A stretch of DNA of 64,000 nucleotides, taken from NCBI GenBank assembly GCA_045649185.1, contig JAZRPM010000008.1:7856-71855 (forward strand), read 5' to 3'. The stretch comes from Candidatus Ornithomonoglobus sp. GTDB taxonomy: Bacteria; Bacillota; Clostridia; UBA1381. This document shows, piece after piece, positions 27,602 to 38,617 of the stretch (position 1 is the first letter of the stretch; every line of letters starts with the position of its first letter). The translations under genes were made by a program, and so were the position numbers. The notes beneath the pieces are model-generated. The model saw only the letters and a program-made list of their open reading frames with translations. It was not told where the DNA came from and searched no databases.

Positions 27602-28315
27602 ATGTCAATCTATAATCGTGAAGACAAATATACAAGGTTATTGGCAGAACGCGCACATACCGTAAAAGAGCTTTCCGAAAAGCTTTTTATAAGCGAGGCA
27701 ACCGTAAGGCGTGACATTGTAGCTCTGAAGGAAAAAGAGGTTGTCCAGAGCAAACGGGGAGTTGTAAAGCTTAAGCCTAAATATGCCGATCAGAGAATAC
27801 CTTTGTATATACGTGACCTTGAATATAACGATGCGAAAAAAGAAATCGCATTAAAGGCTATGGAATATGTAAAAGAGGGAGACGTTGTTATGCTTGATGC
27901 ATCAACAACGGCGTATCATTTGTTACCGCACCTTGCAACGCTCAAAAACATTCTGCTTATCACAAACGGCTCAAAAACAGCAATTGATGCAGTTTCGATG
28001 GGAATAAAAACAATCTGCACCGGCGGTGAAATGACTCCCGAGTCATTTTCATATGTAGGAACAGATGCCGAACAGCTTCTGCGACGGTATCACGCAGATG
28101 TTGCGTTTTTCTCCTGCCGTGGCGTTTCAGATGACGGCATAATAACCGATAACTCGGTTTTAGAAAATGTCCTGCGTCGTATAATGATGCAGAACTCAAA
28201 AAAGAAAATACTTCTGTGCGATAAAAGCAAGTTCGGCAAAATGTATCTGCATACATTGTGCCACAAAGATGAAATTGATATGATTATAAGTAACAGCACA
28301 GAGTTCAAAAACTAA
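27602..28315 (+). CDS. DeoR family transcriptional regulator
   Basis: N-terminal HTH (VKELSEKLFISEATVRRDIVALKEKEVV) and a C-terminal DeoR sugar-phosphate sensor domain (DASTTAYHL, FFSCRGV). ATG 27602; the ORF opens at TTG 27539. Confidence 0.9.
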   Translation: MSIYNREDKYTRLLAERAHTVKELSEKLFISEATVRRDIVALKEKEVVQSKRGVVKLKPKYADQRIPLYIRDLEYNDAKKEIALKAMEYVKEGDVVMLDASTTAYHLLPHLATLKNILLITNGSKTAIDAVSMGIKTICTGGEMTPESFSYVGTDAEQLLRRYHADVAFFSCRGVSDDGIITDNSVLENVLRRIMMQNSKKKILLCDKSKFGKMYLHTLCHKDEIDMIISNSTEFKN

Positions 28316-28320
28316 TAGAA

Positions 28321-28346
28321 AAATGCCCCGTAAAGGGGCTTTTTTG
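28321..28346 (+). terminator. intrinsic terminator after the DeoR gene
   Basis: GCCCC-GTAAA-GGGGC followed by TTTTTT. Confidence 0.6.
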
Positions 28347-28377
28347 ATGAAAATTACAAAAATTTCCGGATTTGGTA

Positions 28378-28406
28378 TTGACAATAAAAAATATTTGTGT
28401 TATTAT
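28378..28406 (+). promoter_or_regulatory. sigmaA-type promoter for rpoBC
   Basis: TTGACA (28378-83), 17 nt, then TGT-TATTAT (extended -10, 28398-406). Confidence 0.55.
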
Positions 28407-28538
28407 AATAAAATCAGAAGTTTGCCCTCATTTTTGGGAATGTGAATTTTCAAAGCCGACAAACCGCATAACAGTGCGATTTTGTCGAAAAAAGGGCAAA
28501 GGGCAATGAGATACTAAATGACGAGGTGATTTTCTAAA

Positions 28539-31500
28539 ATGTTACACGCACAGAAAGCCGGTAAAAACATTCGACTCAGCTATGCGAAAATCAAAGAGGC
28601 ATTGGACATGCCAAACCTTATAGAAGTCCAGAAGGATTCCTATAAGTGGTTCATCGAAGAAGGTCTTAAGGAAGTATTCCAGGACATTTCTCCGATTAAA
28701 GACCATGCCGAAAAACTCTCTCTTGAGTTTTATGACTACAAGATAGAGGATAAGGTTAAGTACAGCGTCGAAGAATGTAAGGAGCGTGACGTAAAGTACG
28801 CAGCTCCGTTAAGAGTTAATGTAAGACTCATCAACAACGAAACAGGCGAAATCAAAGAACAGGAAATCTTTATGGGTGAATTCCCGATTATGACAGAGCA
28901 GGGCACGTTTATCATAAACGGTGCAGAGCGTGTTATAGTCAGCCAGTTGGTACGTTCACCCGGAATCTATTACGAGTTTGAGCGTGATAAGAACGGTAAA
29001 CCGTTGTACAAGTCAACCGTAATCCCGTACAGAGGTGCATGGCTTGAATACGAAACCGATTCAAATGACGTTTTCTCGGTACGTCTTGACAGAACAAGAA
29101 AGCTTCCGATGACAGTCCTCTTAAGAGCAATGGGACTTGAATCAAACGGACAGATTCTTGAAATGTTTGGTGACGATGAAAAGGTAAAAGCTACTCTTGA
29201 AAAGGACCCGTCCACATCAAGAGATGAGGCGTTGCTTGAAATATATAAGAAGCTTCGTCCGGGCGAGCCGTTAAACGTAGAAAACGCCGAGTCACTTATT
29301 ACAAATATGCTGTTTGATCCCAAGCGTTATGACCTTGCACGTGTGGGACGTTATAAGTACAACTTGAAGCTCCAGATTAAGGACCGTATAAAGGGCCATA
29401 CTCTTGCAGCTGATGTTGTTGACCCCAGAACAGGCGAAATTCTTGCAACTGCAGGCGAGGCTGTTTCAAAGGAAATGGCAGAGAAAATCGACCGTGCAGG
29501 TGTAAACAGAGTTGAGCTTACAATCGACGAACAGCACGTTATAGTATTCTCAAATGATATGGTTTATCTTGACGAGTACGTTGATTTCGATACAAATGAG
29601 CTTAGCGTAAAGCTTGACAAGGTAAGACGTTCAATCCTTAATGATATTATAGAAAAGGCAGACGGAGACGTTGAAGAAATCAAGCGTCAGATTGAGGTGC
29701 GTGCGGCAGAGTTGAGCCCGAAGCATATCACAATCGAGGATATGTTCGCATCAATCAACTATTGCCTGAACCTTGCAAAGGGCACAGGCTCGGTTGATGA
29801 TATCGACCACCTTGGTAACAGACGTTTGAGATGCGTTGGTGAGCTTTTGCAGAACCAGTTCAGAATCGGTCTTTCAAGAATGGAAAGAACAGTTCGTGAG
29901 CGTATGTCAACACAGGAGCTTGAAATAATCACACCGTCATCACTTATAAACATCCGTCCGATAATCGCTACAATAAACGAGTTCTTCGGTTCATCACAGC
30001 TTTCACAGTTCATGGACCAGCCCAACCCGTTGGCAGAGCTCCGTCATAAGAGAAGAATATCGGCATTGGGACCGGGCGGTCTTTCAAGAGAAAGAGCCGG
30101 CTTTGAAGTTCGAGACATTCACTATTCACACTACGGCAGAATGTGTCCGATAGAAACTCCTGAAGGTCCGAACATCGGTCTTATAACATCACTTGCAACA
30201 TTCGCAAGAATTAACGAATACGGCTTCGTTGAGGCACCGTACCGTAAGGTTATTGACGGTAAGGTTACAGACGAAATTGAGTATATGACAGCAGACGTCG
30301 AGGACGGTTACACAATCGCACAGGCGAATGAACCGCTATCAGAGGACGGAACATTCCTTTCAAAGCGTGTTTCTGCACGTCACCGTGAAGAAATCCTTGA
30401 AGTTGAGCCGTCAAGAATTGACTACATGGACGTATCACCGCGTCAGCTTGTATCGGTTGTTACAGCTTGTATCCCGTTCCTTGAAAACGATGACGCTAAC
30501 CGTGCGCTCATGGGTTCAAACATGCAGTGTCAGGCAGTACCGCTTCTTACAACGGACTCGCCGATTATCGGTACAGGTATCGAGCACAAGGTTGCAAAGG
30601 ACTCAGGTTCAGCAGTTCTTGCAAAGGAAGACGGTGTAGTTGAGAAGGTTGCTTCAGACAGAATCGTAATCCTCGGCGACAGCGGAATCCGTCACGAGCA
30701 TAAGCTTATCAAATTTGTGCGTTCAAACCAGAGCACATGTATAAACCAGCGCCCGATAGTAAAAGAGGGCGAAAGAGTATCACGTGGCGACATTATTGTT
30801 GACGGTCCTGCAATGGACAACGGTGAACTCGCATTGGGTAAGAACATCCTTATCGGATTCATGACCTGGGAAGGTTATAACTACGAGGACGCTGTTCTTA
30901 TAAGTGAAGAGCTTGTAAAGAACGACACATTCACATCAATCCATATGGAAGAATATGAGTGTGAAGCAAGAGATACAAAGCTCGGACCTGAAGAAATCAC
31001 AAGAGATATCCCGAACGTTTCAGAGGATGCACTTAAGGACCTTGACGAAAACGGTATCATCAGAATTGGTGCTGAGGTTCACGCAGGTGACATACTCGTA
31101 GGTAAGGTTACACCGAAGGGTGAAACAGAGCTTACAGCAGAAGAAAGACTTCTCCGTGCAATCTTTGGTGAAAAGGCACGTGAGGTAAGAGATACATCAC
31201 TCCGTGTACCGCACGGTGAGTCGGGTATAATCGTAGACATAAAGAAATTCACAAGAGAAAACGGCGACGAGGTATCAGCAGGTGTTAACGAGTCAGTTGT
31301 ATGTTACATCGCACAGAAGCGTAAGATTTCTGTCGGCGATAAGATGGCTGGTCGTCACGGTAACAAGGGTGTCGTTTCACGTGTTCTTCCGCAGGAAGAT
31401 ATGCCGTTCCTCGAAGACGGTACACCGCTTCAGATCGTGCTTAACCCGCTGGGCGTTCCGTCACGTATGAACATCGGTCAGGTGCTTGAAATGCATCTTG

Positions 31501-32324
31501 GCTATGCATACAGAAACCTCAGCCTTAAGACACGTGAAGAGCTTGAAAAGATTTCAGGCGAGACTTTCCGTAACGCTATCCTTGAAGCATACGATGCAAG
31601 ACGTCCTGACAGATTCATCAAGATCGCAACACCGGTATTTGACGGTGCGCAGGATGCAGACATCAAGGAAGCATTTGAAGAAGCAGGTCTTAACAAAACA
31701 TTCAAGTCAGTTGTATACGACGGACGTACAGGTGAGAAGTTTGATAACCCTGTTACAGTCGGTGTCATGTACTATCTAAAACTCCATCACCTTGTTGACG
31801 ATAAGATTCACGCTCGTTCAACAGGCCCGTACTCATTGGTAACACAGCAGCCGCTCGGTGGTAAGGCACAGTTCGGCGGACAGCGTTTCGGTGAGATGGA
31901 AGTTTGGGCACTTGAGGCGTACGGTGCTGCATACACACTCCAGGAAATCCTTACTGTTAAGTCAGACGATATCGTGGGACGTGTTAAGGCATACGAATCA
32001 ATCGTTAAGGGCGAGAACATTCCGAGATCCGGAGTACCTGAGTCATTCAAGGTTCTTGTTAAGGAACTTCAGTCACTGGCTCTTGATATCAGAATATTGG
32101 ATCATGACATGGAGGAGATTGACCTTGACGCATCATTCGAGGATGATGACGATGCAATCAACGAAGAGCTCATGGGAACAATGGAAGAGGCAGACGGAAT
32201 TACGGATTCACTTGACGAAGCAGATCTTGACGATGCAAACATGTTGCTCGAGGAAACTGATGACGATTTCGGTTTCGATTTCGGCGACGATGCAGACGAA
32301 GACTACGACGAGAGTGATATTTGA
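28539..32324 (+). CDS. rpoB: DNA-directed RNA polymerase subunit beta
   Basis: 1261 aa with the full set of beta signatures ([90 protein letters not shown]). Confidence 0.99.
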   Translation: MLHAQKAGKNIRLSYAKIKEALDMPNLIEVQKDSYKWFIEEGLKEVFQDISPIKDHAEKLSLEFYDYKIEDKVKYSVEECKERDVKYAAPLRVNVRLINNETGEIKEQEIFMGEFPIMTEQGTFIINGAERVIVSQLVRSPGIYYEFERDKNGKPLYKSTVIPYRGAWLEYETDSNDVFSVRLDRTRKLPMTVLLRAMGLESNGQILEMFGDDEKVKATLEKDPSTSRDEALLEIYKKLRPGEPLNVENAESLITNMLFDPKRYDLARVGRYKYNLKLQIKDRIKGHTLAADVVDPRTGEILATAGEAVSKEMAEKIDRAGVNRVELTIDEQHVIVFSNDMVYLDEYVDFDTNELSVKLDKVRRSILNDIIEKADGDVEEIKRQIEVRAAELSPKHITIEDMFASINYCLNLAKGTGSVDDIDHLGNRRLRCVGELLQNQFRIGLSRMERTVRERMSTQELEIITPSSLINIRPIIATINEFFGSSQLSQFMDQPNPLAELRHKRRISALGPGGLSRERAGFEVRDIHYSHYGRMCPIETPEGPNIGLITSLATFARINEYGFVEAPYRKVIDGKVTDEIEYMTADVEDGYTIAQANEPLSEDGTFLSKRVSARHREEILEVEPSRIDYMDVSPRQLVSVVTACIPFLENDDANRALMGSNMQCQAVPLLTTDSPIIGTGIEHKVAKDSGSAVLAKEDGVVEKVASDRIVILGDSGIRHEHKLIKFVRSNQSTCINQRPIVKEGERVSRGDIIVDGPAMDNGELALGKNILIGFMTWEGYNYEDAVLISEELVKNDTFTSIHMEEYECEARDTKLGPEEITRDIPNVSEDALKDLDENGIIRIGAEVHAGDILVGKVTPKGETELTAEERLLRAIFGEKAREVRDTSLRVPHGESGIIVDIKKFTRENGDEVSAGVNESVVCYIAQKRKISVGDKMAGRHGNKGVVSRVLPQEDMPFLEDGTPLQIVLNPLGVPSRMNIGQVLEMHLGYAYRNLSLKTREELEKISGETFRNAILEAYDARRPDRFIKIATPVFDGAQDADIKEAFEEAGLNKTFKSVVYDGRTGEKFDNPVTVGVMYYLKLHHLVDDKIHARSTGPYSLVTQQPLGGKAQFGGQRFGEMEVWALEAYGAAYTLQEILTVKSDDIVGRVKAYESIVKGENIPRSGVPESFKVLVKELQSLALDIRILDHDMEEIDLDASFEDDDDAINEELMGTMEEADGITDSLDEADLDDANMLLEETDDDFGFDFGDDADEDYDESDI

Positions 32325-32347
32325 CGATAGAGTATGGAGGATTTCAA

Positions 32348-35300
32348 ATGTTGGAATTTAACAATTTTGAAGCAATTAAAATAGGGCTTGCCTCACCCGA
32401 AACCATTCTCGGATGGTCACACGGCGAGGTAACCAAGCCTGAAACAATAAACTACCGTACCTTAAAGCCTGAAAAGGACGGCTTGTACTGCGAAAAGATT
32501 TTCGGACCTACAAAGGACTGGGAATGTCATTGTGGTAAGTACAAGAAGATAAGATACAAGGGCAAAGTCTGCGAGCGTTGCGGCGTTGAAGTAACAAAAG
32601 CAAAGGTGCGCCGTGAGAGAATGGGTCATATCGACCTTGCAACTCCGGTTTCACACATCTGGTACTTCAAGGGCGTGCCCTCATCAATCGGACTTATGCT
32701 TGATTTGTCACCCAGACAGCTTGAAAAGGTACTTTACTTTGCATCATACATTGTAACAAATGTTAATGCAGACCTCGTAAACAACGATATCTTTGAAGGT
32801 CAGGTTCTTACTGATAAAGAATATAACGAATATCTTGAAAAGTACGGCAACGATGCGTTCACTGCAGGAATGGGTGCCGAGGCTGTAAAAGCACTTCTTG
32901 AAAAGATTAACGTTGAAGCTTTAGCAGAAGACCTTAAGGCAGAGCTTGAAGAAGCACAGGGTCAGAAGAAGGCAAGAATCATCAAAAGACTTGAAATTGT
33001 TGAAGCATTCAGAGTTTCGGGCAACCGTCCGGAATGGATGATTATGACAGTTGTTCCGGTTATTCCGCCGGATCTTCGTCCGATGGTTCAGCTTGACGGC
33101 GGACGTTTCGCAACAAGTGACCTTAACGACCTTTACAGACGAGTAATAAACAGAAACAACAGACTTAAGAGACTTCTTGAGCTTGGCGCACCGGATATCA
33201 TCATCCGTAACGAAAAGCGTATGCTTCAGGAAGCTGTCGATGCACTTATAAACAACGGCCGTCGTGGCAGAACAGTAACAGGCCCCGGAAACAGAGCATT
33301 GAAGTCACTTTCAGACCTACTTAAGGGTAAGCAGGGACGTTTCCGTCAGAACCTACTCGGTAAGCGAGTTGACTATTCAGGACGTTCAGTTATCGTAGTT
33401 GGTCCGGAAATGAAGATTTATCAGTGTGGTGTTCCGAAGGAAATGGCAATCGAGCTGTTTAAGCCCTTCGTAATGAAAGAGCTTGTATCACGTGGCATTG
33501 CACACAACATAAAGAGCGCAAAGAGAATGGTAGTGCGTACACGTGTTGAGGTATGGGATGTGCTTGAGGATGTAATTAAAGCGCATCCGGTACTTCTTAA
33601 CCGAGCACCTACACTTCACCGTCTGGGTATCCAGGCATTCGAGCCGCGTCTTGTTGAGGGACGTGCACTTAAGCTTCACCCGTTGGTATGTACAGCGTAC
33701 AACGCTGACTTCGACGGTGACCAGATGGCTATCCACGTACCGCTTTCACCCGAGGCTCAGGCTGAGGCAAGATTCCTTATGCTTTCAGCAAACAACCTCT
33801 TAAAACCCCAGGACGGTCACCCGGTAGCAGTTCCGTCACAGGATATGCTTCTTGGTTCGTACTACCTCACAATAGTTCGTGAGAACTACAAAGAGATATA
33901 CGATATAATTTCAGAGGATCCGTCAAAGCAGGCGGCATTTGAAGCACTTATCGCAGAAACTGACGAAACACCGGCAGTTGTTGATGAGAACACAGCAATC
34001 GAAACATTCTCATCATGGCAGAGTGCATTCGAGTATGTGCTTACAATTAAGAAAGTACAGCTTAATGAAACAAAGATAACAGGTGTTAACCCGATAACAG
34101 TTGCAACCCAGAAGAAACCTGTTACATTATCAGTACAGACATTCCTTGCAATCGCAAAGAAGGTTACACAGAAGAAGTTCCTCTCGGCTGAGGAAGCATT
34201 GCTTGCATATACAAACCACGCAATAACACTCCACGAGAGAATAAGCGTACAGCTTTCAAAGGAAATCGACGGAGCGGTTGTTACAAAGCTTGTTAATACA
34301 ACAGCCGGAAGAATAATCTTCAACAACAACATTCCGCAGGACCTTGGTTTTGTTGACAGAACCAACCCTGAAACAGCACTTGACTACGAGGTTGATTTCA
34401 TAGTTAAGAAATCACAGCTCGGTGATATCATCGGCAAGTGTATAGATGTTCACGGCGTATCAGTAACTGCTGTTATGCTTGATAACATCAAGTCAACAGG
34501 ATATAAGTATTCAACAATCGGAGCTTTGACCGTATCAGTTTCGGATATCAACGTTCCGGAAGCAAAGCCTGCAATCCTTGCAGAGGCAGAAAAGCAGGTT
34601 GAGGCAATCACTGCAAAATATCGTTTCGGTTTATTGAACGACGAGGAGCGTTACGAGCAGGTAATCAAGATTTGGGCAGATGCATCTTCACAGGTTACAG
34701 ACGCCATGCTTGATAACCTTGGTGAATTCAACCCCATCTACATGATGGCGGATTCAGGAGCCCGTGGTTCGACCAACCAGATTCGTCAGCTTGCTGCTAT
34801 GCGTGGTCTTATGGCCGATACACAGGGTAGAACAGTCGAGATTCCTATCAGAGCTAACTTCCGTGAGGGTCTGAACGTACTTGAGTACTTCGTATCATCA
34901 CACGGTGCGAGAAAGGGTCTTACAGATACGGCTCTACGTACTGCTGACTCAGGTTACCTCACAAGACGTCTTGTTGACGTTGCTCAGGACGTTATCGTTC
35001 GTGAAATCGACTGTGGTACTACAAAGTACGCAGAAATCGAGGATATCCGTGACGGTGAAGAAATCATCGAGCCGTTGTACGACCGTATCGAGGGCAGAAT
35101 TTCGTGGGAAGATATTGCTAACCCCGAAACAGGCGATATTATCGTAAGAGCAGGCGAAATGATAAGCCTCCGTCAGGCAGACAAGATTGTAAAAGCAGGC
35201 ATTTCAAAGGTTAAGATCCGTTCAGTTCTTACATGTAAGTCAAAGATTGGCGTATGTGCTAAGTGTTACGGTAAGAACCTTGCTACAGGTACACTCGTAA

Positions 35301-36160
35301 ACATCGGTGAAGCTGTCGGTATCATCGCCGCACAGTCAATCGGTGAGCCGGGTACACAGCTTACAATGAGAACCTTCCACGCCGGCGGTGTCGCATCAGG
35401 CAGCGATATCACTCAGGGTCTTCCGCGTATCGAAGAATTGTTCGAGGCACGTAGACCGAAGGGTGTTGCTATCATCAGTGAAATTGCAGGTAAGGTAACA
35501 GTTAACGATTCAAAGCAGAAGCGTGAAGTTGTAATCACAAACGATGAGGACGGCGAGAGCAGAACATACGCAATCCCGTACGGTGCTACAATTAAGCTCC
35601 GTGACGGCGATATGGTTGCAAAGGGTGGCGAAATCACCGCAGGTTCTGTTAACCCGAACGATATCCTGAGAATCAACGGACCTGACGCTGTTCAGATGTA
35701 TATCACACGTGAAGTTCAGAGAACATACCGTATGCAGGGTGTTGATATCAACGACAAGCACGTTGAGGTTATCACACGTCAGATGCTCCGTAAGGTTCGT
35801 ATTGAAGACATCGGTGATACAAACCTTCTCATCGGTTCATTGACAGACCGTCTTGAATTCGAGGACGAGAACGAGGCAGCACTTGCAAAGGGCGGTGCAG
35901 AAGCTACAGCATCACCCGTACTTCTCGGTATCACAAAGGCTTCACTTGCAACAGAGTCATTCTTATCAGCAGCATCATTCCAGGAAACAACAAAGGTTCT
36001 TACAGATGCGGCTATTAAGGGTAAGGTTGACCCGCTCATGGGACTTAAGGAAAATGTTATTATCGGTAAGCTTATCCCTGCAGGTACAGGTATGAGTATG
36101 TATAAGGACATTAACATCACCATGGAAGGTGAAGAGGTTCCCAACGAGGATATAAAATAA
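32348..36160 (+). CDS. rpoC: DNA-directed RNA polymerase subunit beta-prime
   Basis: Zn-finger [13 protein letters not shown], the catalytic [10 protein letters not shown], bridge helix and trigger-loop regions. ATG 32348 follows GGAGGA; the ORF opens at TTG 32321. Confidence 0.99.
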   Translation: MLEFNNFEAIKIGLASPETILGWSHGEVTKPETINYRTLKPEKDGLYCEKIFGPTKDWECHCGKYKKIRYKGKVCERCGVEVTKAKVRRERMGHIDLATPVSHIWYFKGVPSSIGLMLDLSPRQLEKVLYFASYIVTNVNADLVNNDIFEGQVLTDKEYNEYLEKYGNDAFTAGMGAEAVKALLEKINVEALAEDLKAELEEAQGQKKARIIKRLEIVEAFRVSGNRPEWMIMTVVPVIPPDLRPMVQLDGGRFATSDLNDLYRRVINRNNRLKRLLELGAPDIIIRNEKRMLQEAVDALINNGRRGRTVTGPGNRALKSLSDLLKGKQGRFRQNLLGKRVDYSGRSVIVVGPEMKIYQCGVPKEMAIELFKPFVMKELVSRGIAHNIKSAKRMVVRTRVEVWDVLEDVIKAHPVLLNRAPTLHRLGIQAFEPRLVEGRALKLHPLVCTAYNADFDGDQMAIHVPLSPEAQAEARFLMLSANNLLKPQDGHPVAVPSQDMLLGSYYLTIVRENYKEIYDIISEDPSKQAAFEALIAETDETPAVVDENTAIETFSSWQSAFEYVLTIKKVQLNETKITGVNPITVATQKKPVTLSVQTFLAIAKKVTQKKFLSAEEALLAYTNHAITLHERISVQLSKEIDGAVVTKLVNTTAGRIIFNNNIPQDLGFVDRTNPETALDYEVDFIVKKSQLGDIIGKCIDVHGVSVTAVMLDNIKSTGYKYSTIGALTVSVSDINVPEAKPAILAEAEKQVEAITAKYRFGLLNDEERYEQVIKIWADASSQVTDAMLDNLGEFNPIYMMADSGARGSTNQIRQLAAMRGLMADTQGRTVEIPIRANFREGLNVLEYFVSSHGARKGLTDTALRTADSGYLTRRLVDVAQDVIVREIDCGTTKYAEIEDIRDGEEIIEPLYDRIEGRISWEDIANPETGDIIVRAGEMISLRQADKIVKAGISKVKIRSVLTCKSKIGVCAKCYGKNLATGTLVNIGEAVGIIAAQSIGEPGTQLTMRTFHAGGVASGSDITQGLPRIEELFEARRPKGVAIISEIAGKVTVNDSKQKREVVITNDEDGESRTYAIPYGATIKLRDGDMVAKGGEITAGSVNPNDILRINGPDAVQMYITREVQRTYRMQGVDINDKHVEVITRQMLRKVRIEDIGDTNLLIGSLTDRLEFEDENEAALAKGGAEATASPVLLGITKASLATESFLSAASFQETTKVLTDAAIKGKVDPLMGLKENVIIGKLIPAGTGMSMYKDINITMEGEEVPNEDIK

Positions 36161-36256
36161 GGACTGCGATATTCGGCGCAGACCACAGAAAGGCTAAACC
36201 TTTCTGCTACAAACAAAACTCACCGCTCGGCGTACCTGTGTACGCCGTCGGGCAAG

Positions 36257-36298
36257 GAGGGTGTTGCATTAGCAACACCCTCTTCGTTTTGTTCGTTC
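36257..36298 (+). terminator. intrinsic terminator of rpoC
   Basis: 11-bp perfect stem GAGGGTGTTGC-ATTA-GCAACACCCTC followed by the T-rich TTCGTTTTGTTCGTTC. Confidence 0.75.
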
Positions 36299-36347
36299 TG
36301 CATCCGAATCTCATCAGTCCTTGGTTGTGAGCAACAAAAAAGAGGTT

Positions 36348-36968
36348 TCATTGCGAAACCTCTTTTGATAATTGCTTTTCAATTAAAACGCTTGTTCCGT
36401 TAGCAACAATACCAATGATATTGTTTGAAAATGTAATATAATCGAAATCAACACCAATTAGGGCATTTCCGCCCATTGACAAAGAGTTACTTATAAGTTT
36501 TCTCGTAGCCGCAGTCTTTGCTTCCTCTAATTTCTTTTCAAAAGAGTTGGATTTTGTACCAAAAAAATCTGAAAAGGAAGCGCGAAATTCAGATAAGAAT
36601 CCGGTTCCAAGAACTGTTTCGCCACTTACTATACCTAAATATTTTTTGATGATATAGCCTTGAAAGTCATAACCGGTAGTTAATAAATGGTTTATGAAAT
36701 CACGCTTAAAGTCTTCATCTTTTTCAAAAAAGTCTTCATCTACGTTTTTATATTCTTCTTTTTGTTGAAAATCAAAAATATTAGGGCTACTAGAAGTGAC
36801 AGATGATAATAGTGTTTTAGAAACAGAAACTTCTTTAAGATTTCTTTTTTCTAATTCGCTTTTTATAATTACAAGCTCTTGCTCGGTATATAAGTTAGAT
36901 TGATCCTTTAAAATCAACAAAAGATCGTGTGTTTCTGTCGACTGTATTTCATTTATAAAATCATTCAT
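36348..36968 (-). CDS. YbjQ/UPF0145 (putative heavy-metal-binding) domain protein with an about 90-aa N-terminal extension
   Basis: The C-terminal half (TTGYDFQGYIIKKYLGIVSGETV...GGNALIGVDFDY...ANGTSV) matches the YbjQ_1 pattern. The N-terminal helical extension is unassigned, and the RBS is weak. Confidence 0.7.
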   Translation of the reverse strand: MNDFINEIQSTETHDLLLILKDQSNLYTEQELVIIKSELEKRNLKEVSVSKTLLSSVTSSSPNIFDFQQKEEYKNVDEDFFEKDEDFKRDFINHLLTTGYDFQGYIIKKYLGIVSGETVLGTGFLSEFRASFSDFFGTKSNSFEKKLEEAKTAATRKLISNSLSMGGNALIGVDFDYITFSNNIIGIVANGTSVLIEKQLSKEVSQ

Positions 36969-36987
36969 TTTAGTTTATATGTACTTT

Positions 36988-37383
36988 TTATCTATCCTTT
37001 AACAAATCGCGTATCTCTGTAAGAAGTTCTTCGGATGTGGGAGCTGCCGGAGCTTCTTCAATTTCTTCTTCCTTCTTTTTATGAGCCTTTGATATAAGCT
37101 TCACTGCCATAAACATTGAGAATGCAATAATCAGGAAGTTGATTATATTCTGAATGAATGTTCCATAGAGTATAGCAGCCTCGGGTGTTGTCTCTGTAGC
37201 TGCCGAAAGCACCCACTTAAGGCTCTTAAAATCCATACCTGCGGTAAAATGACCGAAAATAGGCATTACAATGTCATTCACAAGCGAATTAACGATTGTT
37301 CCGAATGCGCCGCCGATGATAACGCCGACAGCCATATCTACTACGTTGCCCTTAAAAGCAAACTCTTTAAAATCTTTAAACAT
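36988..37383 (-). CDS. mscL: large-conductance mechanosensitive channel
   Basis: MFKDFKEFAFKGNVVDMAVGVIIGGAFG is the canonical MscL N-terminus. RBS AAGGAGA precedes ATG 37383. Confidence 0.95.
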   Translation of the reverse strand: MFKDFKEFAFKGNVVDMAVGVIIGGAFGTIVNSLVNDIVMPIFGHFTAGMDFKSLKWVLSAATETTPEAAILYGTFIQNIINFLIIAFSMFMAVKLISKAHKKKEEEIEEAPAAPTSEELLTEIRDLLKDR

Positions 37384-37396
37384 TGTTTTTTTCTCC

Positions 37397-37834
37397 TTAT
37401 ACCTCATCTATAGCTTTTATAAGATTCTCGCAAACCGTCTTTATCCTTGCACGGTATGTTTCAACTTCTTGTTTAACCTTAAGCATTTCCTGGTGCTTCT
37501 TGATATGCTCATCATCAATCTGACGTGCAAGGCGTGTAGCATCAAGTTTTGCTCGGTTAACGATTGCTTCTGCCTCCATAGTTGCGTTATTCTTGATATC
37601 CTGCGCTGACTGCTGTGCAACATCAAGTGAACGCTGCATGGTTTCTTCTATCTCCTTATAGCGGTCAACCGTTTCTGTCAGCAAAGCGATTTTTTCGTGC
37701 AATGCGGCATTTTCCTTGCACAAAGCGTCATAGTCCTGAATGACGATGTCAAGAAAATCATCAACTGCATCGCAGTCGTAACCTTTAAGCTTTTTTTCAA
37801 ATTCCTGATTCTGAATATCAACGGGTTTTAACAT
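37397..37834 (-). CDS. divIVA: DivIVA domain-containing cell division protein
   Basis: MLKPVDIQNQEFEKKLKGYDCDAVDDFLD is the DivIVA N-terminal lipid-binding domain, followed by a coiled coil. ATG 37834 is preferred over TTG 37840. Confidence 0.9.
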   Translation of the reverse strand: MLKPVDIQNQEFEKKLKGYDCDAVDDFLDIVIQDYDALCKENAALHEKIALLTETVDRYKEIEETMQRSLDVAQQSAQDIKNNATMEAEAIVNRAKLDATRLARQIDDEHIKKHQEMLKVKQEVETYRARIKTVCENLIKAIDEV

Positions 37835-37864
37835 ATACAACTACTTCCTTTCATGAATTCTGTA

Positions 37865-38617
37865 CTAAATATATTGTTTAAGTGTTATATGAAGACGCAT
37901 TTTTCTGGTTTCGCCGTCAAAGCTGTGAACAAGAAACCTGCCATAACCACGGATAGAGAGTAGGTCTCCCTCTTTTACGGTTTCGGCAACTTTTTCAGTC
38001 TCACGGTGATTAAGCTTAACCTTTCCTGCGTTTATCAGTGCCGCAGACTGTGCACGTGAAATATTGGCCGCAGCACCTACCACAGCATCAAGCCTTGGTG
38101 CGGCACAAACTGCACCGATGGTTTTGTGTTTACGCTCGATCTGAATTTCTGTGAGGTCGTTTATGATTTCGACTTTAACGCCCTGATTACCTATTTTATT
38201 CAGATTGTCTCTGACATATTCAGAAACGTCGCTGTGCAATAAAACATATGCAAAATCATCGCAAACAACAATATCACCAAGCTTCTGCGGTGCAATCCCG
38301 AGCGACATCACGGTGCCGAGATAGTCACGGTGGTTGAGCTTTCTTGTATACCCGCCCACTACCTTCAGACAGACAATCGGAAACTCATTCGTGTCAGGTT
38401 CTTCCCATTGCGGAAAAACACCGATAATCTTCTTTTCAGCATCGCCAAATCCGCCATAGATTAAAACATTATAATCAAACGGGAACACGACCTTGTCCTC
38501 TATCGTTGCAAGCTCTGCGCCGTCAAGGAAATCGGAAAACCGTGCCGACGAATATTTGTCGCATAGTCTGAACAAATCTTCCGTTTTGGAAATCAGAAGC
38601 TTTTCGTCAGTATTCAT
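37865..38617 (-). CDS. YlmH-like RNA-binding S4 domain protein
   Basis: C-terminal S4 motif (RLDAVVGAAANISRAQSAALINAGKVKLNH) and a position between sepF and divIVA, as for Bacillus ylmH. Confidence 0.8.
   Translation of the reverse strand: MNTDEKLLISKTEDLFRLCDKYSSARFSDFLDGAELATIEDKVVFPFDYNVLIYGGFGDAEKKIIGVFPQWEEPDTNEFPIVCLKVVGGYTRKLNHRDYLGTVMSLGIAPQKLGDIVVCDDFAYVLLHSDVSEYVRDNLNKIGNQGVKVEIINDLTEIQIERKHKTIGAVCAAPRLDAVVGAAANISRAQSAALINAGKVKLNHRETEKVAETVKEGDLLSIRGYGRFLVHSFDGETRKMRLHITLKQYI

Noticed and set aside
28481-28490. Spo0A-box-like TTTGTCGAAA in the rpoB leader. A TGTCGAA also occurs at about 17366.
   Set aside because: A 7-mer core is expected by chance several times in 64 kb on two strands. 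There is no clustering or promoter-proximal arrangement.
36161-36320. Hammerhead-ribozyme-like CUGAUGAG on the minus strand of the rpoC downstream element (GGACUGAUGAGAUUCGG...).
   Set aside because: The helix that would be stem II (AUUCGG/CCGAAU) is followed by AUC rather than the obligatory GAAA. No NUH cleavage-site geometry can be drawn, so the match is coincidental.
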